Under the pieces are notes generated by a model that saw only the letters and a list, made by a program, of their open reading frames with translations, made no database searches and was not told the DNA's origin. Made by a program: the position numbers and the translations under genes. A stretch of DNA of 53,190 nt, the filler included, from Ionaspis alba (lineage: Eukaryota): the NCBI GenBank assembly GCA_964255285.1. It is 2 parts of 2 records of this genome, joined end to end, with 100 filler letters (N's around TTAATTAATTAA, not from the genome) between each part and the next. Parts side by side here need not be neighbours in the genome. Positions count along the whole stretch, not along the records: positions 26,741 to 53,190 come from CAXUUL010000145.1; 1 more part is not named here. One strand, given 5' to 3'. This document shows, piece after piece, positions 34,243 through 47,568 of this stretch (its first letter is position 1; each line of letters begins with the position of its first letter).

Positions 34243-35852
34243 TCAATACTGCGGCCATTGGGGATCGACATCTTGAGCCCAAGCCTGCAGTCCACCTTGA
34301 ACATCTCCAATCCATCTTCTGCCTCCATTGTCGTACCCAAGTTCTTTGAGTTTGCGCACTGCGATCTGAGAGTCATTGCCGAACCGACAGATTGTATATA
34401 TTGGGGAGTCTGCAGGTTGTTGTTCCACGATCTCTAGCTTCTTAAATTGTTTAAGGTTCTCATCATTAACAGCTTCACCTGAAACTCTTGATTTCGCCTC
34501 AATCACAGATATTGGGATGTTGATACTTTCGGAGAGACTGCATATCCCGAACTGTGTTTCATCCCTAACATCTAGGAGAAAATATGCTTTGTCACGGTCC
34601 AAACGAATCTGTCGGAAGTCCTTCGCCTGTATTCTCTCCTCTTGGTCCAGAGCGGTTGTCCTACTTCTGAGTCCACAGAAGGTTGAGTAGTCAATCGATC
34701 CTGTTGTGAGAGATTCTTTAGTAATAATGGCTTCGGTAGAGCATGCGACACAGCGAGGCCGCTTGCCACGCAAACGGACGTGCCTGAATTGTGGAGTGCC
34801 ATAAGAGGAAAATAATAGCAAAGATGGTGGCACGCTTTCGGTTTCAGCGCTATCGCTCCTGGGACGCCTTCCTGTGCTCCAGAGATTTGAGGTTAAGATC
34901 TTGATAGCTTCGAAAGCCATCAAGACTCCCATAACACCTACGACCGGTCCAAGAACTCCACCTTCGCCGCATCCTACAACGCTATCTGCTGGTGGCGGTG
35001 TCGGGAACACACACCGATAGCAAGGTCCACCATGCTTGGTATTCGGTGATGATGGCGGGTTATTTAGAACGAGTAATTGGCCTTCAGTGCGAAGTGCCGA
35101 TGCTGAGACCAAGGGTTTGCCTGAGAGCACCGCGGCATCGGATACTAGATATCGGGACATAGGTTGATCGGTGCAGTCAAGTACCAGGTCGTACGCGCTT
35201 ATGATACTGAGTGCTGTTGTGGCTGTCAAGTGGTGTGGATACGTGACATAGTGGATATGTGGATTCAGTCTCAATCAGTCAGATGGTTGTGTCAACTTCG
35301 AGGGGTAGTTTGCCCTGGCGTACTGACGAAGACCTTGGGCCGCACTCTCAACCTTGAGCTGACCAACTCGTTCTGAAGTATGCAGAACCTGGCGGTGTAG
35401 ATTTGACAATTCGACCGTATCGCCATCCACAAGGCCAATAGTACCAATGCCAGCACCAGCAAGATACAATGCAGCAGGGCATCCTAACCCTCCCAGTCCA
35501 ACAACGAGGATAGAAGCATCACGAAGACCAAGCTGGCCTTTATTGCAAATACATGAGCAACATGATGTTTGAGTCACTGGCGGTAGCGTAGCACACCTTG
35601 TAAACCAATCTCTGGCATGATCATCTGCCTGCCATATCTCATGTACTCATCTGCATGCATTGGCCATGGCTTCCTGGCACTTGCGTTGGCTACTAGGGAG
35701 GACCCGGCAGACCAATCGCCAGCAAGCTCACTGTGGGTGGTAGACAACACCTCTTTCCTAGATTCTGCCTTTTCCAGCTCCTTTCTCAGATTAGAAAGCT
35801 GGGACTCGACTTCTATAATTCGAAACTTCAATTCTTCAATACTCCTGTCCAT
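34243..35852 (-). CDS. UBA4: Adenylyltransferase/sulfurtransferase (E1-like plus rhodanese; MOCS3)
   Basis: Three exons. [47 protein letters not shown], rhodanese loop CRFGNDS. Confidence 0.95.
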
Positions 35853-36173
35853 TTTATGCTTGAGCTGTGATAAATACAAAGGATTTATGGCTGATGTTGA
35901 CGTCACAAGCGAGGCCTCGAGGGAATCTGACGTTCGACCCTTGCTTCAGCTCGTGGATCTTAGGGCTAACTATGTCTCGAGGCGAGCGGATCCACAATAG
36001 GCTCCGAAGCTAAATCTCTATTGCAACTACATCGAGCTTGAGCTTACGCTACACACCTTACTCCAGAGTAATCCAGTGTCAGACGAGGGCAGGTTGACTG
36101 CGTGGGATCTGCGATGGTTTGTTCCCACTCATTCCCGTGATATTGGACGTTTTGTTCACATCTCCAGGCACCA

Positions 36174-36686
36174 ATGATCAGGAATCGTAGCAAGACATCC
36201 ACACGTCCTCACACCAGCTACCCGAATACCGATGCTCCTTTCAAGTCCACGAAGGAAGATAAACGTCGCATGAAACATTCAGCCCTCATGTCCCGCATAG
36301 AAAAATCAAGTCCTAAAGTTCAAAAACGCCGGCGACCATCCAGAAAACTGGTAACCAACCTCGAGGATCTCGCAGATGCCTTACCGGATACGTTGTTTAC
36401 GAAGCAGACCAAGACATCAATCGACAATATCAGAGTGAGGCATAAGAGCCTTAAGAGTAGACCTGGGGCGATGAAGAAGAAGGGCCAACTAGAGAGAATG
36501 GAACGTGAGCGATTTCAAATGAACATGGCGCAAATGGCAACGGTCAATTCAGATAGCATAGATTTCGTGACGAATGATGGCGACAAACCTGGCAGTGCAG
36601 CGAATCTCAGCTCGGAACGATGGGCTGCTTTGCGGGGCTACATATCCTCAACTATGGATCGGGATGTTATGGACAAAGCTAGCTGA
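36174..36686 (+). CDS. SLX9: Ribosome biogenesis factor Slx9-like (FAM207A family)
   Basis: KEDKRRMKHSALMSRI, KRRRPSRKLVTNLEDLADALP, SLKSRPGAMKKK...ERERF, RWAALRGYIS. Confidence 0.75.
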   Translation: MIRNRSKTSTRPHTSYPNTDAPFKSTKEDKRRMKHSALMSRIEKSSPKVQKRRRPSRKLVTNLEDLADALPDTLFTKQTKTSIDNIRVRHKSLKSRPGAMKKKGQLERMERERFQMNMAQMATVNSDSIDFVTNDGDKPGSAANLSSERWAALRGYISSTMDRDVMDKAS

Positions 36687-39104
36687 AATTTGTTCCGGTT
36701 GGACGGGCTGTGTCTGGAGGCACTCTCTCCATCTAGACTGGGGCCCCATTTTCTGACCAATGCATTTCACGCCCGCATCGTTGAATGTCACGAGCTTCTG
36801 AATCGTCAGCCTTGCTACCTTCAGCCTTCCCCTCAAAATCGCTACCAGTGCTGTCATTCGATTTCGACTCGCAATGCAAAGTGCATGGCGTGGATTGTCT
36901 CACGATTTCGCGCGACTGGGACATTTTGTGTTAAATGTCTCGCATGTTGCTCGTGGTATGGCGTACATAGAGCGATTTCAAGAATTGGATCTTCGGCAAA
37001 CAGCTTCTCGGAAGCTTTACGCCCTAAACAACGCCTCGCAGAAGCAATTTGCCTCTACCTATAAGCCTTGTGGCGCTGCTTCTTGGCTCCTATGACTTAC
37101 CGGCAAGTATAGGTTATGCGACATCCGATTTGCCTCGTTCAAAAACCGACATGGTTTGTTCGTGCCCATATGGATCTACTCTGTCATGTGAAAGACAGTC
37201 TTCTCTGGTACCTCATCAGAGTGCTCGACCTTCAAGCCCACTGGCGCTTCTTCCTATCCAATACCAACCCCTCCAGAGAAATCTTCAACTCCATACCCCT
37301 TTTTGACCAATGACTGGGGACTACAAATCACGAGATCAATTTGTTATGCGGAGGCTGCAGGTCACTCTTTGAACATATGCAACGTCAATGTTTCTACAGA
37401 TTAGCGGAGTCTTGAGTCTATTGGTAGATCGAAGCATAGTTGGGAACCTCATGCATCTTGAAGGGAGCCTATATCGGTTCCTATCACTACATTGGGAGGA
37501 AATACCCTGAGAGACGCCTCTTCTGTGGATGTTTCCAAGCAAATGCCACCGAATGGACGGCAGTCCGTTTTCGGACCTATGAATCGTGATACCCGTTGGA
37601 TGCCGTCTGGTAGTACAACGCTTCACCCTATCCAAGGATTCACATACGGACTTGAGAAATGGAAATCTTGGCTTACGTTTTACATTGGGCAGCAATACCT
37701 CATGGAAGGATTTTGGAGCAACGGAGACACCTAGTACGAACAATCGAGAGACTTCACTCCGTTTCGCCTCCCTTTGACCTCGGTTCACAGTGGTTGTGAT
37801 TTTCCTTCTGCAGGGTTGTGTCCGCAGGTGACTGCTGCGTGGCATGAAGGAAGAGGCATATTGACGCGTGAGAACGTTGATTGCTGTGACTGTAATACTG
37901 TGGTATAGAAACTAGCGTCTCTGGCTACGAACATCGTCGGACATTCCAGAGAATGCTGTGAACCTTGCTCCTAGCCACGAATTACCTCGAGTACGCCCTT
38001 GCAATGACTGGGTGAAAGCTCTTGGAACGCGTTACATGATCCACGTCATGGATGGAATTGCTCGAATACAGATTGCGATCTCCTGTAAATATCCTGTAGC
38101 GATTCAGTGCTAAACAACCACCGCCTTGGTCTTGACAACCGATATTCGCAGCCGCAGCTTTCCGAATCACATATTGATTGGCGTTCAACTTACCAGATTA
38201 CGTGGAGGAAGCAGAATCATCTTCCGTCAAAGTAGAACACGAAGCGTGTACGCCATTCGGAGGATTTATTTCAGATCTATTGATGATCGATAACTCTTTT
38301 CTTGAAGGTCGGCTGAAAAAGCAAAACTCCAGCTGTGCCGCAATCCGCAGTCGAGCCTGCATATGAGCAGTTAATCTTCCGTGCTCGAGCTTTGTCGAAT
38401 TAGGTCTCCTTGTCAATGAATCAAGGGAACGAGAGACCGGATAATCCATCACTTCGTCGGATATGCTGCGAGTTCGCAGATGTGGCTCATTCAATGGAAA
38501 GGAGAAGCGACCACTCAGAAGCTGCTTATCCCAAGCCTTTCGGTTCGGGACTGAAGCATGATGCTTTCCGCGGTTAGACGCTCTCCAAGTCACGAGGAGA
38601 CCGATCAATCGTACTATAACGAGAAAGCCTGGCTGCTAGATGCGTCTCAGGCAACCGCACATCATTGCCGATATCCTGCACCGCCCTTTCCATACGCGGA
38701 GAATCGAACTAGGGCACGGTGGTTGTGCTTCTCTCGCCTCATTTATGACAAGTCTGCCTTGCGATGTCATTCGCAATAGCGAGCCGGTTGCACCCGATCA
38801 GGGTATTCATGGTCACCAGGATGATAAATAATCCACAGTATTTGCTCTGTCTTCAGCCCTTCGATCCTGGGCAGTGCTTTCTCGACCAGGCAGAACTTGA
38901 TAAGCTTCGTCGCAGTGGGATCATATCATACCATCCAAGCAGGCCAGCTCTAATCCAAGAAATTCAACCAACATCACAATCGCGGGAGCTCTATGTACCT
39001 CACGTCGGCCGTCAATTCTCGGTACGATCACACCTTACCCGCAGTTCGTCACCGTCATACTGGTAGACAAGCCAAAGCGCGGAACCGCTAGCCATATATA
39101 GGGT

Positions 39105-40126
39105 ATGGTCAGCTTCCCAGGTCGTCGCCAGCATGGCAATACAGACCAGCCAGGACAGTCACAATCCTCAAACTTGTCCCGGCCGACAAGTAGACCACCC
39201 GCAAGCGGCCATGGGCTCCTCGGGGTGTCAGACAATACAGCTGGACGACATGCTGTGAACGACAGTCTGCTAAGTTTGGGACCATTTAGCATGTCTCCTC
39301 GGCCATCAACGGGAAGTCAAAATGGCTCGGGAGCCGGCACTTGTAGGAATTGGACGTTCATTCTTCTATGGCTACGCTGATGAATGCAGATTCCATGATG
39401 AACGGAGATCGTTCTATGCAAGACGTATCTGAGGAAGACAACGTGACTCGAACCGAGACTACAATTCGTAAGTCTGATTTCCAGTACATGAGCCCGCATA
39501 GTGATGGGGGTTCCTTCCACCTCGCCTGCAGCATCTAGGCATATACCGAACCCCTAGCATTCTCAATCCAAGACACAGAACTAGAGAGCCTTTCTCCACC
39601 AAGCATACATAATACTGACATGTTGGCTACTGGTGTTCCAGCCGCTGATATTTCGGAGACGATCAACATACCTCCTGGTACCTATAATCAAGTCCGAGGC
39701 ACACAGGAGCCCTCAGTGCCTGGCAATGATGCCAACCAACCTCATGGTAACGGCGACGAGCCGTCAGCAGCAAGCCGAACCTCTCGTTCACATGAAAGGC
39801 AAACCACCCCGACACTGCGGTCTAGGATTCGCACTGAGGCTCGCCGTCAGCGTGATCGAATGAATCGCTGGCTTCACTGGGAGGCTCCGTGGCCGTTCGG
39901 TAACAGGTCCAGCTCCAGGAGCAGGCAACGAGCCTTGAGAGACGTGACGGCACATTTCCCTTCTGTGACGGGGTCAACGGCAAGTATTGATGGACTGGCA
40001 CCTGTGCGGCAGGGAGAGACCAGGAGGCGTGTGAATGGAGGAGAACCTCGAGTGATCGTCGAGTTGGAAGCAACGGGAAATGAACACAATATAGTGGAGC
40101 AAGGTGAGAGGATGGATCACTCTTGA
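39105..40126 (+). CDS. Possible lineage-specific hypothetical protein; exon structure unresolved
   Basis: Three consecutive low-complexity ORFs (39105-39380, 39350-39538, 39620-40126) and a GTAAGT donor near 39468. I could not find a phase-consistent model. Confidence 0.35.
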
Positions 40127-40344
40127 TCCTCTGGATCATCGGCTTCTGTCCATGTCGAGAAGCGGAAGGACGGAGTTTACACTCTTTTTGAATATGTCTT
40201 GCTTGCACGCTTCTTCTCCTTCGTTATGTTTTTTTTCTAAACAAATACAGCACGGTGAAACGGAACAGGAAGCTTCTGCGATCCAGTATTTCAGGAGTTG
40301 GGCTTCAACAGATCGACCCGGGCAATGGATGGATGCTTCAAATA

Positions 40345-41341
40345 TTAGCTACTTCGTTCTTGTGTATATCGCATTGGTAAATTTCTCGCGTGCTCGCTGC
40401 GATATGGAAGATAGTGGCGCGCGAGCGGTGCCAGTTGTGTTTCAGGCCATTCGTTCCTCTCAACTGGCAGGCTAGGCAGCTCTTTGTTACGTTTGGCCAG
40501 TTTTTCATCGACTTCAAGCTTCGTATAGGTAGCGTCAGACTGCTCATATCTTTTGCGCTTTCTCCTGATGAGCCATATTCCTAACAGTGTCAACGATACA
40601 ATGACAACGGCAACTGCGATGACAATGCCTGCTAAGGCGCCCGCGCTCAAACGATTGCTTAGCATAGAGGTCAAGAGTGCCGCAGTTGAGCCTGACGGGT
40701 TGAGCGCAGATATCGTACCAGTATTGGTGGGTGCCGCAGAAGGATTTGAAGTCGCAGAGAAAGGTATTGAGGGGGCTGGGGTCGTAGCTGTAGAGATAAC
40801 TGGCATGCTGGATGGTGTTGAGGCACGAGGGTCAGCCAAGCTCGATATAGACCACGTTACAGAAACCTTTGATGTGTCATGGTCAATTGCGAAGTCCGAG
40901 CTAGAATAACTCTCAGAGGTGCCTCCTGTAGCATTGTATTCCATGGTAAAACGAGCTTGAGCGATTGCAACACTGTCGTAGTCCAGAGGAACAAGTACAG
41001 ATCCATTTGATGGGACAGTATAGGCGTAAACTGAAGGACAGAACGGATGAGCTTTACCCCATACAGTATGAAGCCTGCGGAGATGGGGAACAATGAAGCA
41101 AAGTTTGGACTTACCATTCTGCCATATATCCTTATGAAACCAGAGGTAAAGATTAGCAGAAGAGCTGCCAGCTTGAATGGTCATCCAGGAAACATTGACA
41201 GTGTCTAGATAATTGAATACCAGTAATGGGGAAGCTGGCGGATAAAGAAAACGATTCAGATTGTGATCGCCCATAGTGAGGGACAACTCCAGCAGCAAAG
41301 AAAAAAAGGTACATGAGAGAGAAGCTTTTGGCAAGCTTCAT
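40345..41341 (-). CDS. Single-TM cell-surface protein (S/T/P stalk); signal peptide in a shifted frame
   Basis: Small ectodomain, S/T/P stalk, TM LSAGALAGIVIAVAVVIVSLTLLGIWLI followed by RRKRKR. Probable 84-nt in-frame intron 41031-41114. ATG 41341 joins the frame only if the T7 run is T6. Confidence 0.65.
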
Positions 41342-42128
41342 GCAGGTAGTCGATAGCTCCACATGTTGTTATACGACAGAAAAATCCCCGAAACATTAAG
41401 CGCCAGGATTAGCCTTGTGCAAGGAGTAAATAGCAGCTGACCCGCCACGGGCGAGCAGCATGACTGTGTAATGTGTGTGTTTCAGCGAGATGTAACTGAC
41501 TTGCATATCCATTGGTGGAGATCGAGTCCCAATTTTACAGACTTCTGCAATTAGACGTTTGGAAAGGCTTCGCCACGAATGGAAATGATTATCTCAATTA
41601 TCTGCCAGGGACCGTGAGGTATTAAAGAGGTGTAGTCTGATGATGGATGGAAATAGCTACCTACAGTAGCTAGCCTCTGATTGCATTCCTGGTTTCCACG
41701 ACCCCCCGGTCATGGAGGTATGTGGTGGAGCAATGAGTATGTAGATGTTTCCCAAGATTCATCTTACAGCGCCAAGGAGTTTCGGCGCGTACCGAAGGCT
41801 GAGCTAGTGCAACGCTAATGCCAAGCATCGTGGAAGGAGCCGCATGACGTGGTTACCTTGACTGTGTTTGCGGGGGATCTTCGGTGGTCAAGGATGTCCG
41901 ACATCAGCTTCGAAGCTAGCTTCCATTATCTCAGGAATATCAGATTAGGAAGGAGATCAAGCAGCTTTGATTTGTAGCCAACAGGCGCGAGGTACTAAAT
42001 GATCTAGACTAATGCACAGTGACTGATAACAAGAATGATGAATTGCTGCACGCTCTATGATATAATGTCTGCTTCTCCAGCTGCGAATATATTCACTTGC
42101 CCTCATTATTGGGACCAATTCATGCAGC

Positions 42129-43850
42129 ATGCTGTTTTCTCTTGTCCTCATACATTTCCATTTATGTCTGGCGAGTGCTCGTATTCTTACCCAGCCTCAT
42201 CTTCCTCGGAATGGTGGATTGACAAAGCGTGAAGCCTCCATCAACACGTCTGACTACCCAGCTCTAAAGATCAGCATCCCAATCGACCACTACAATGCCT
42301 CCGACAAGCGTACGTACTCGAATCGATACTGGATCAACAGCACTTATTACCGCGTGGGCGGTCCGATCTTCTTCTTCGACAGTGGCGAGCAGAATGCTCA
42401 TCCTCTCGTCCCTTACTTCCTCGCTGAAGCGGCTGGCCCCTCTGCAGTGATGACTCTGGCTCGGCGTTTCCATGGTCTGGCTCTGATCTTCGAGCACCGC
42501 TTCTACGGTGATCTGGAAGAAGGCAGCTATCCGTTCCCCCTGAACAGCACGACAGGTAAGGCCTTCGCAGGCTACGCCGCCTACAAATACTTGAATACGG
42601 AACAAGCCCTCCAGGATCCTGTATACTTTACCGAACACTTCCAGCCTCCTGGTATGGAAAAGTACTGGTCGCTGATGTCTCCCAAGTACACGCCCTGGAT
42701 CTGGCTTGGTGGGAGCTATCCTGGGATTCGAGGTGCTCACATGCGGGTGCGCAATCCGGAGACATTCTTTGCGACCTGGGCGTCCAGTGCACCTACTCAG
42801 GCCGCCGTAGATATGTGGGTGTATTATGCTCAGGCGGAGCGAAGCATGACAAGGAACTGCTCAGCGGACTATTCAGCGGTGACTCGATTTGTGGACTCTG
42901 TGCTTACCGATGGAAGCGCTGCAGATATCATGACTCTGAAGACGGAGCTCTGGACAGCAGTCAACTCTAGTCCTGGCGGACAAGCTCCTACTACCACTAA
43001 CATTACAGAAATTCAAGCATTGACAAATCCGAACATCGCGTCTCTCCTACTCACTCCATTGAATTTCTACCAGTACTATGGATTTGCTCGCTCAATCCTG
43101 CCCTTCTGCGACATCCTCGAGACACGCAACAACACGCATATACGCACGACCGATAATGGTGGCACCATTCCAGCTCTTGCCACCGAGTCCGGGCTAGCAG
43201 CTACCTACAACATCAGTACAGCTTGGCATGCCTTTTTGACAGGACTGGCTGAAATTGACTATGACACCATTCCCTATAAGGATGATCCCATTCAAGATAG
43301 TAGCTGGATGTGGCAGTATTGTTCCGAATATGGGTACTACCAGCGGGGGAATCCTGCCAATCCTCATACCATCCAGAGCAAGTTCTACAGTCTAGATTAC
43401 TTTCAGCAAAGCTGCAACGAGATGTTCCCTGAAAGTCTGCCCAAGTCACCGAGAGTGAGTGTGCCGAACAAGTACGGTGGCTGGTACATTAATCCCTCAA
43501 ACACAATGTTCTCCAGCGGAGAGTTCGATCCCTGGCGTACGCTCTCCCCGGCTTCGACTGAAGCTGAACTTGGTGCGCCGATGCGCAAGACGACTCAGAA
43601 CGTTCCAGCTTGCAATGTAGCACCGCCTAAAGACGAGGTATTCGGGATTGTGTACAAGGATATGGTGCATGTGTCCGACATGCGTGCGCTGCTGAACACG
43701 AGCGATGTGAATCATCAAAACTTTAGCACTGTGGGTTTCAGCAGTCCGATTAGTACAGAGCCTTTCTATGCGGGTGTGGGGCTTTTTGGAACGGCGTTGG
43801 AGGCATGGTTGAGGTGCTTTAGGGAGAGCGGAATGGTCGTTGAAAATTGA
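42129..43850 (+). CDS. Secreted serine peptidase, family S28
   Basis: Signal peptide; PIDHY, YWIN, EHRFYG, nucleophile elbow GGSYPG, WMWQYCSEYG, GEFDPWR (Asp), HVSD (His). Confidence 0.92.
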   Translation: MLFSLVLIHFHLCLASARILTQPHLPRNGGLTKREASINTSDYPALKISIPIDHYNASDKRTYSNRYWINSTYYRVGGPIFFFDSGEQNAHPLVPYFLAEAAGPSAVMTLARRFHGLALIFEHRFYGDLEEGSYPFPLNSTTGKAFAGYAAYKYLNTEQALQDPVYFTEHFQPPGMEKYWSLMSPKYTPWIWLGGSYPGIRGAHMRVRNPETFFATWASSAPTQAAVDMWVYYAQAERSMTRNCSADYSAVTRFVDSVLTDGSAADIMTLKTELWTAVNSSPGGQAPTTTNITEIQALTNPNIASLLLTPLNFYQYYGFARSILPFCDILETRNNTHIRTTDNGGTIPALATESGLAATYNISTAWHAFLTGLAEIDYDTIPYKDDPIQDSSWMWQYCSEYGYYQRGNPANPHTIQSKFYSLDYFQQSCNEMFPESLPKSPRVSVPNKYGGWYINPSNTMFSSGEFDPWRTLSPASTEAELGAPMRKTTQNVPACNVAPPKDEVFGIVYKDMVHVSDMRALLNTSDVNHQNFSTVGFSSPISTEPFYAGVGLFGTALEAWLRCFRESGMVVEN

Positions 43851-44455
43851 AGGAAGAGGGCTGGTACTCGTTGCAGAAGGAGATAGAGGAGCGGCGATAA
43901 GTTACCAGACTGGAGCGAGTTGAAATGTGGCTGTCACTGAATGTATTATAGCATTAGTCGAAATGCAAGGATGAATCTTTGTTTTTCTTTCCGTAATGGT
44001 AAGGTGTTGCTTCCCACGTCTCTAGGGATGGAATCGATGGCTTCAGCGAAAGCACGCGTGAGGGAAGGCGTGATACAGACGGACACAGATGACCTCACGG
44101 AAATAGAGCTACGAAGAGTGAAAATCATTAGTCTATGCGGTCGCTTGAAGAAGTGTAGACCTAGATGAAGAACCATGCGCCTCAGTAGTGGAGGATAAGG
44201 TCCTGGAGAATGGCGGAGAGAAAATGGACGCGTAGATATCAATGTATCCAAGATCAACGTGATGGCGGGTAGAATGGCCATCAGACTGGCGATTTCAACA
44301 TCGAGGTTACAGGAAAAACCCAAAATGGTCTTCCAACTCTAGCTCTCCGAGCAACAATATTGCAGGCCGTCACTTGCTCCAGCTACTCCATTGGTTTGGC
44401 ATGAAGCTGGCTCAGAATGCTCGCTTCTTGAAAATAAATCCGGGTAAAAAAGGAC

Positions 44456-44559
44456 AAAAAACTGGACTGTGGCCGGGGTCGAACCCCGGGACAGCCTCAG
44501 GAAAACTGGATCTCTTTAGGTGCTTTATCTGGATCGTTTTATACCGAAACTACGAACAC
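44456..44559 (-). ncRNA. tRNA-like Pol III element (tRNA pseudogene or unknown small RNA)
   Basis: A-box/D-arm-like TAGTTTCGGTATAAAAC, B-box GGTTCGACCCC (44475-44485) inside a hairpin, then T6 runs at 44456-44461 and 44446-44451. No valid anticodon arm. Confidence 0.45.
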
Positions 44560-45771
44560 ACTAAGTCATTTCCAGCGAAGGATCGGTAGTGTGTACCGAG
44601 ATGGTGGAAGGAGTGCACCTGCCAACTCGACCATCTGGATTTATCGGAAGAACATCACCTTATTGTAAATAAAACCACATCTTTGCATAACTTCGACTCG
44701 CTATCACGGCCACACAGACGACTGTGAAGAGCTATAAAATCTCAGGTAACATCTTTAGATGCTATGTGAGGAAAGTACCAGTTCAGATAATTCAATTGGT
44801 CTTGCTGTGGCGGTTGCCCGATCTTCAATGCTTTTGGTCGCTGTTGCTATGCCAAGAAATTGGTAGATCTAGCGAAAATTGGTAGGCAAGAGCAAAAAGC
44901 TGCATAACATAAACAGCAGCCACAGAGCAGAAGGCAACATCAACGTGCAAGGAAACATTCGCAGAACCTACCTTGCGACTCAAGCAAGAGCCCAAATTCC
45001 TAAACGAGTGACTGAAGAGCCTGCAAACACGCTGCCATTGCACATCTATCAGTCTTCGTCAATGTCCAGCCCTCCTACACGGACTCATCACTTGCAGCAT
45101 CAAGTCACGGCCCCGACTGTGCATCGCTCTTCCCAGACCAAGATTCTACACAGCTGAACTTCCAGCTGGTCACATTGTGGTCTTCCCAACCAGCACCATC
45201 GCCTAGTCTAGATGCACGTTGATCCCTCTCATTCTCCTTCCACGACATTGAGAGACAGCATTGAAGCGAGGCGGCAATTCTGCCTATGGAGCAGGTCTGC
45301 AGTATGGAGCTTGGATCAGATACCTTACAACACATACACACAGAGTTACAAGATCCTTTGCCTGTCCCCGGGTCATACGTCCAACTGTCATATGGCGGGG
45401 CCAGAAAAGTTCCTGCGAAACGATTCCTTCGAGCCCGTATTAGTACAGATCGCGCATGACGCTTTCAATGAGGCGATTGAGCAGGCCAGCAAGACTTATG
45501 AGACGGCGTGAATATATCAGGGTTTTCGAGTTAGTCGCAGAGAATGGTGGTGGAAAGGAAAGAGGTAGGAGAGGATGGGCTGTGGTCTAGACAAGCGGCT
45601 GAAGAAGCCAAGCGAACTCTTGGAGCTGCATCCGATTGGCCTTCGCGACGTCACCGCTTAATTTTCTCTGTGACTCAAAATTCGATGTCGAGTTAGATCG
45701 ACTTTTAGGATAATCTCCGTCAACAGCGAGAGAATTGAGCAGGCTGCCAATCTTTCTTGTTGGAACAGGCT

Positions 45772-47168
<1,397 letters not shown>

Positions 47169-47568
47169 CCAAAAGATTATACGCATCTTCACTTTCTGTG
47201 TCTGGTACTATCCTTGATTCATGGCAGGCATATTTCTGAACACGATAGACAGCGAACTTGAATTTTGCGACTTACCTCCATTCTCCATTCCACAAGGCTA
47301 ACCACAGTCATTGAATTCATTAGCGAAACCTGGGGCGAAGCAAGATACGAACGACTCAACAATTCACAAAGTACGGCAGCGTTTCCAAGCGATGCTCCTC
47401 CCGACCAGAAAAACATAACGCGCGTTTTCTGAGGTTGTGATGGCCTCAGGCTTTTCTCTTTCCCTTTTTGCAGTTCTGTTGGTTGGGAAGTGCCCAACTC
47501 ATGTTTCAGGTAGGGCTCTAGATAGACATGTTTCTTATAACCATCAATCCCACGACCTCAAGATCGGC

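Noticed and set aside
41770..41840. TPP-riboswitch-like words (GGCTGAG...TAATGCC...GGAAG)
   Set aside because: Lacks the CCTGATC/P4-P5 core and proper spacing; no thiamine gene or intron context.
44879..45511. Short plus-strand ORFs upstream of ARO3
   Set aside because: Non-ATG or weak starts, no consistent exon chain, no recognisable domain.
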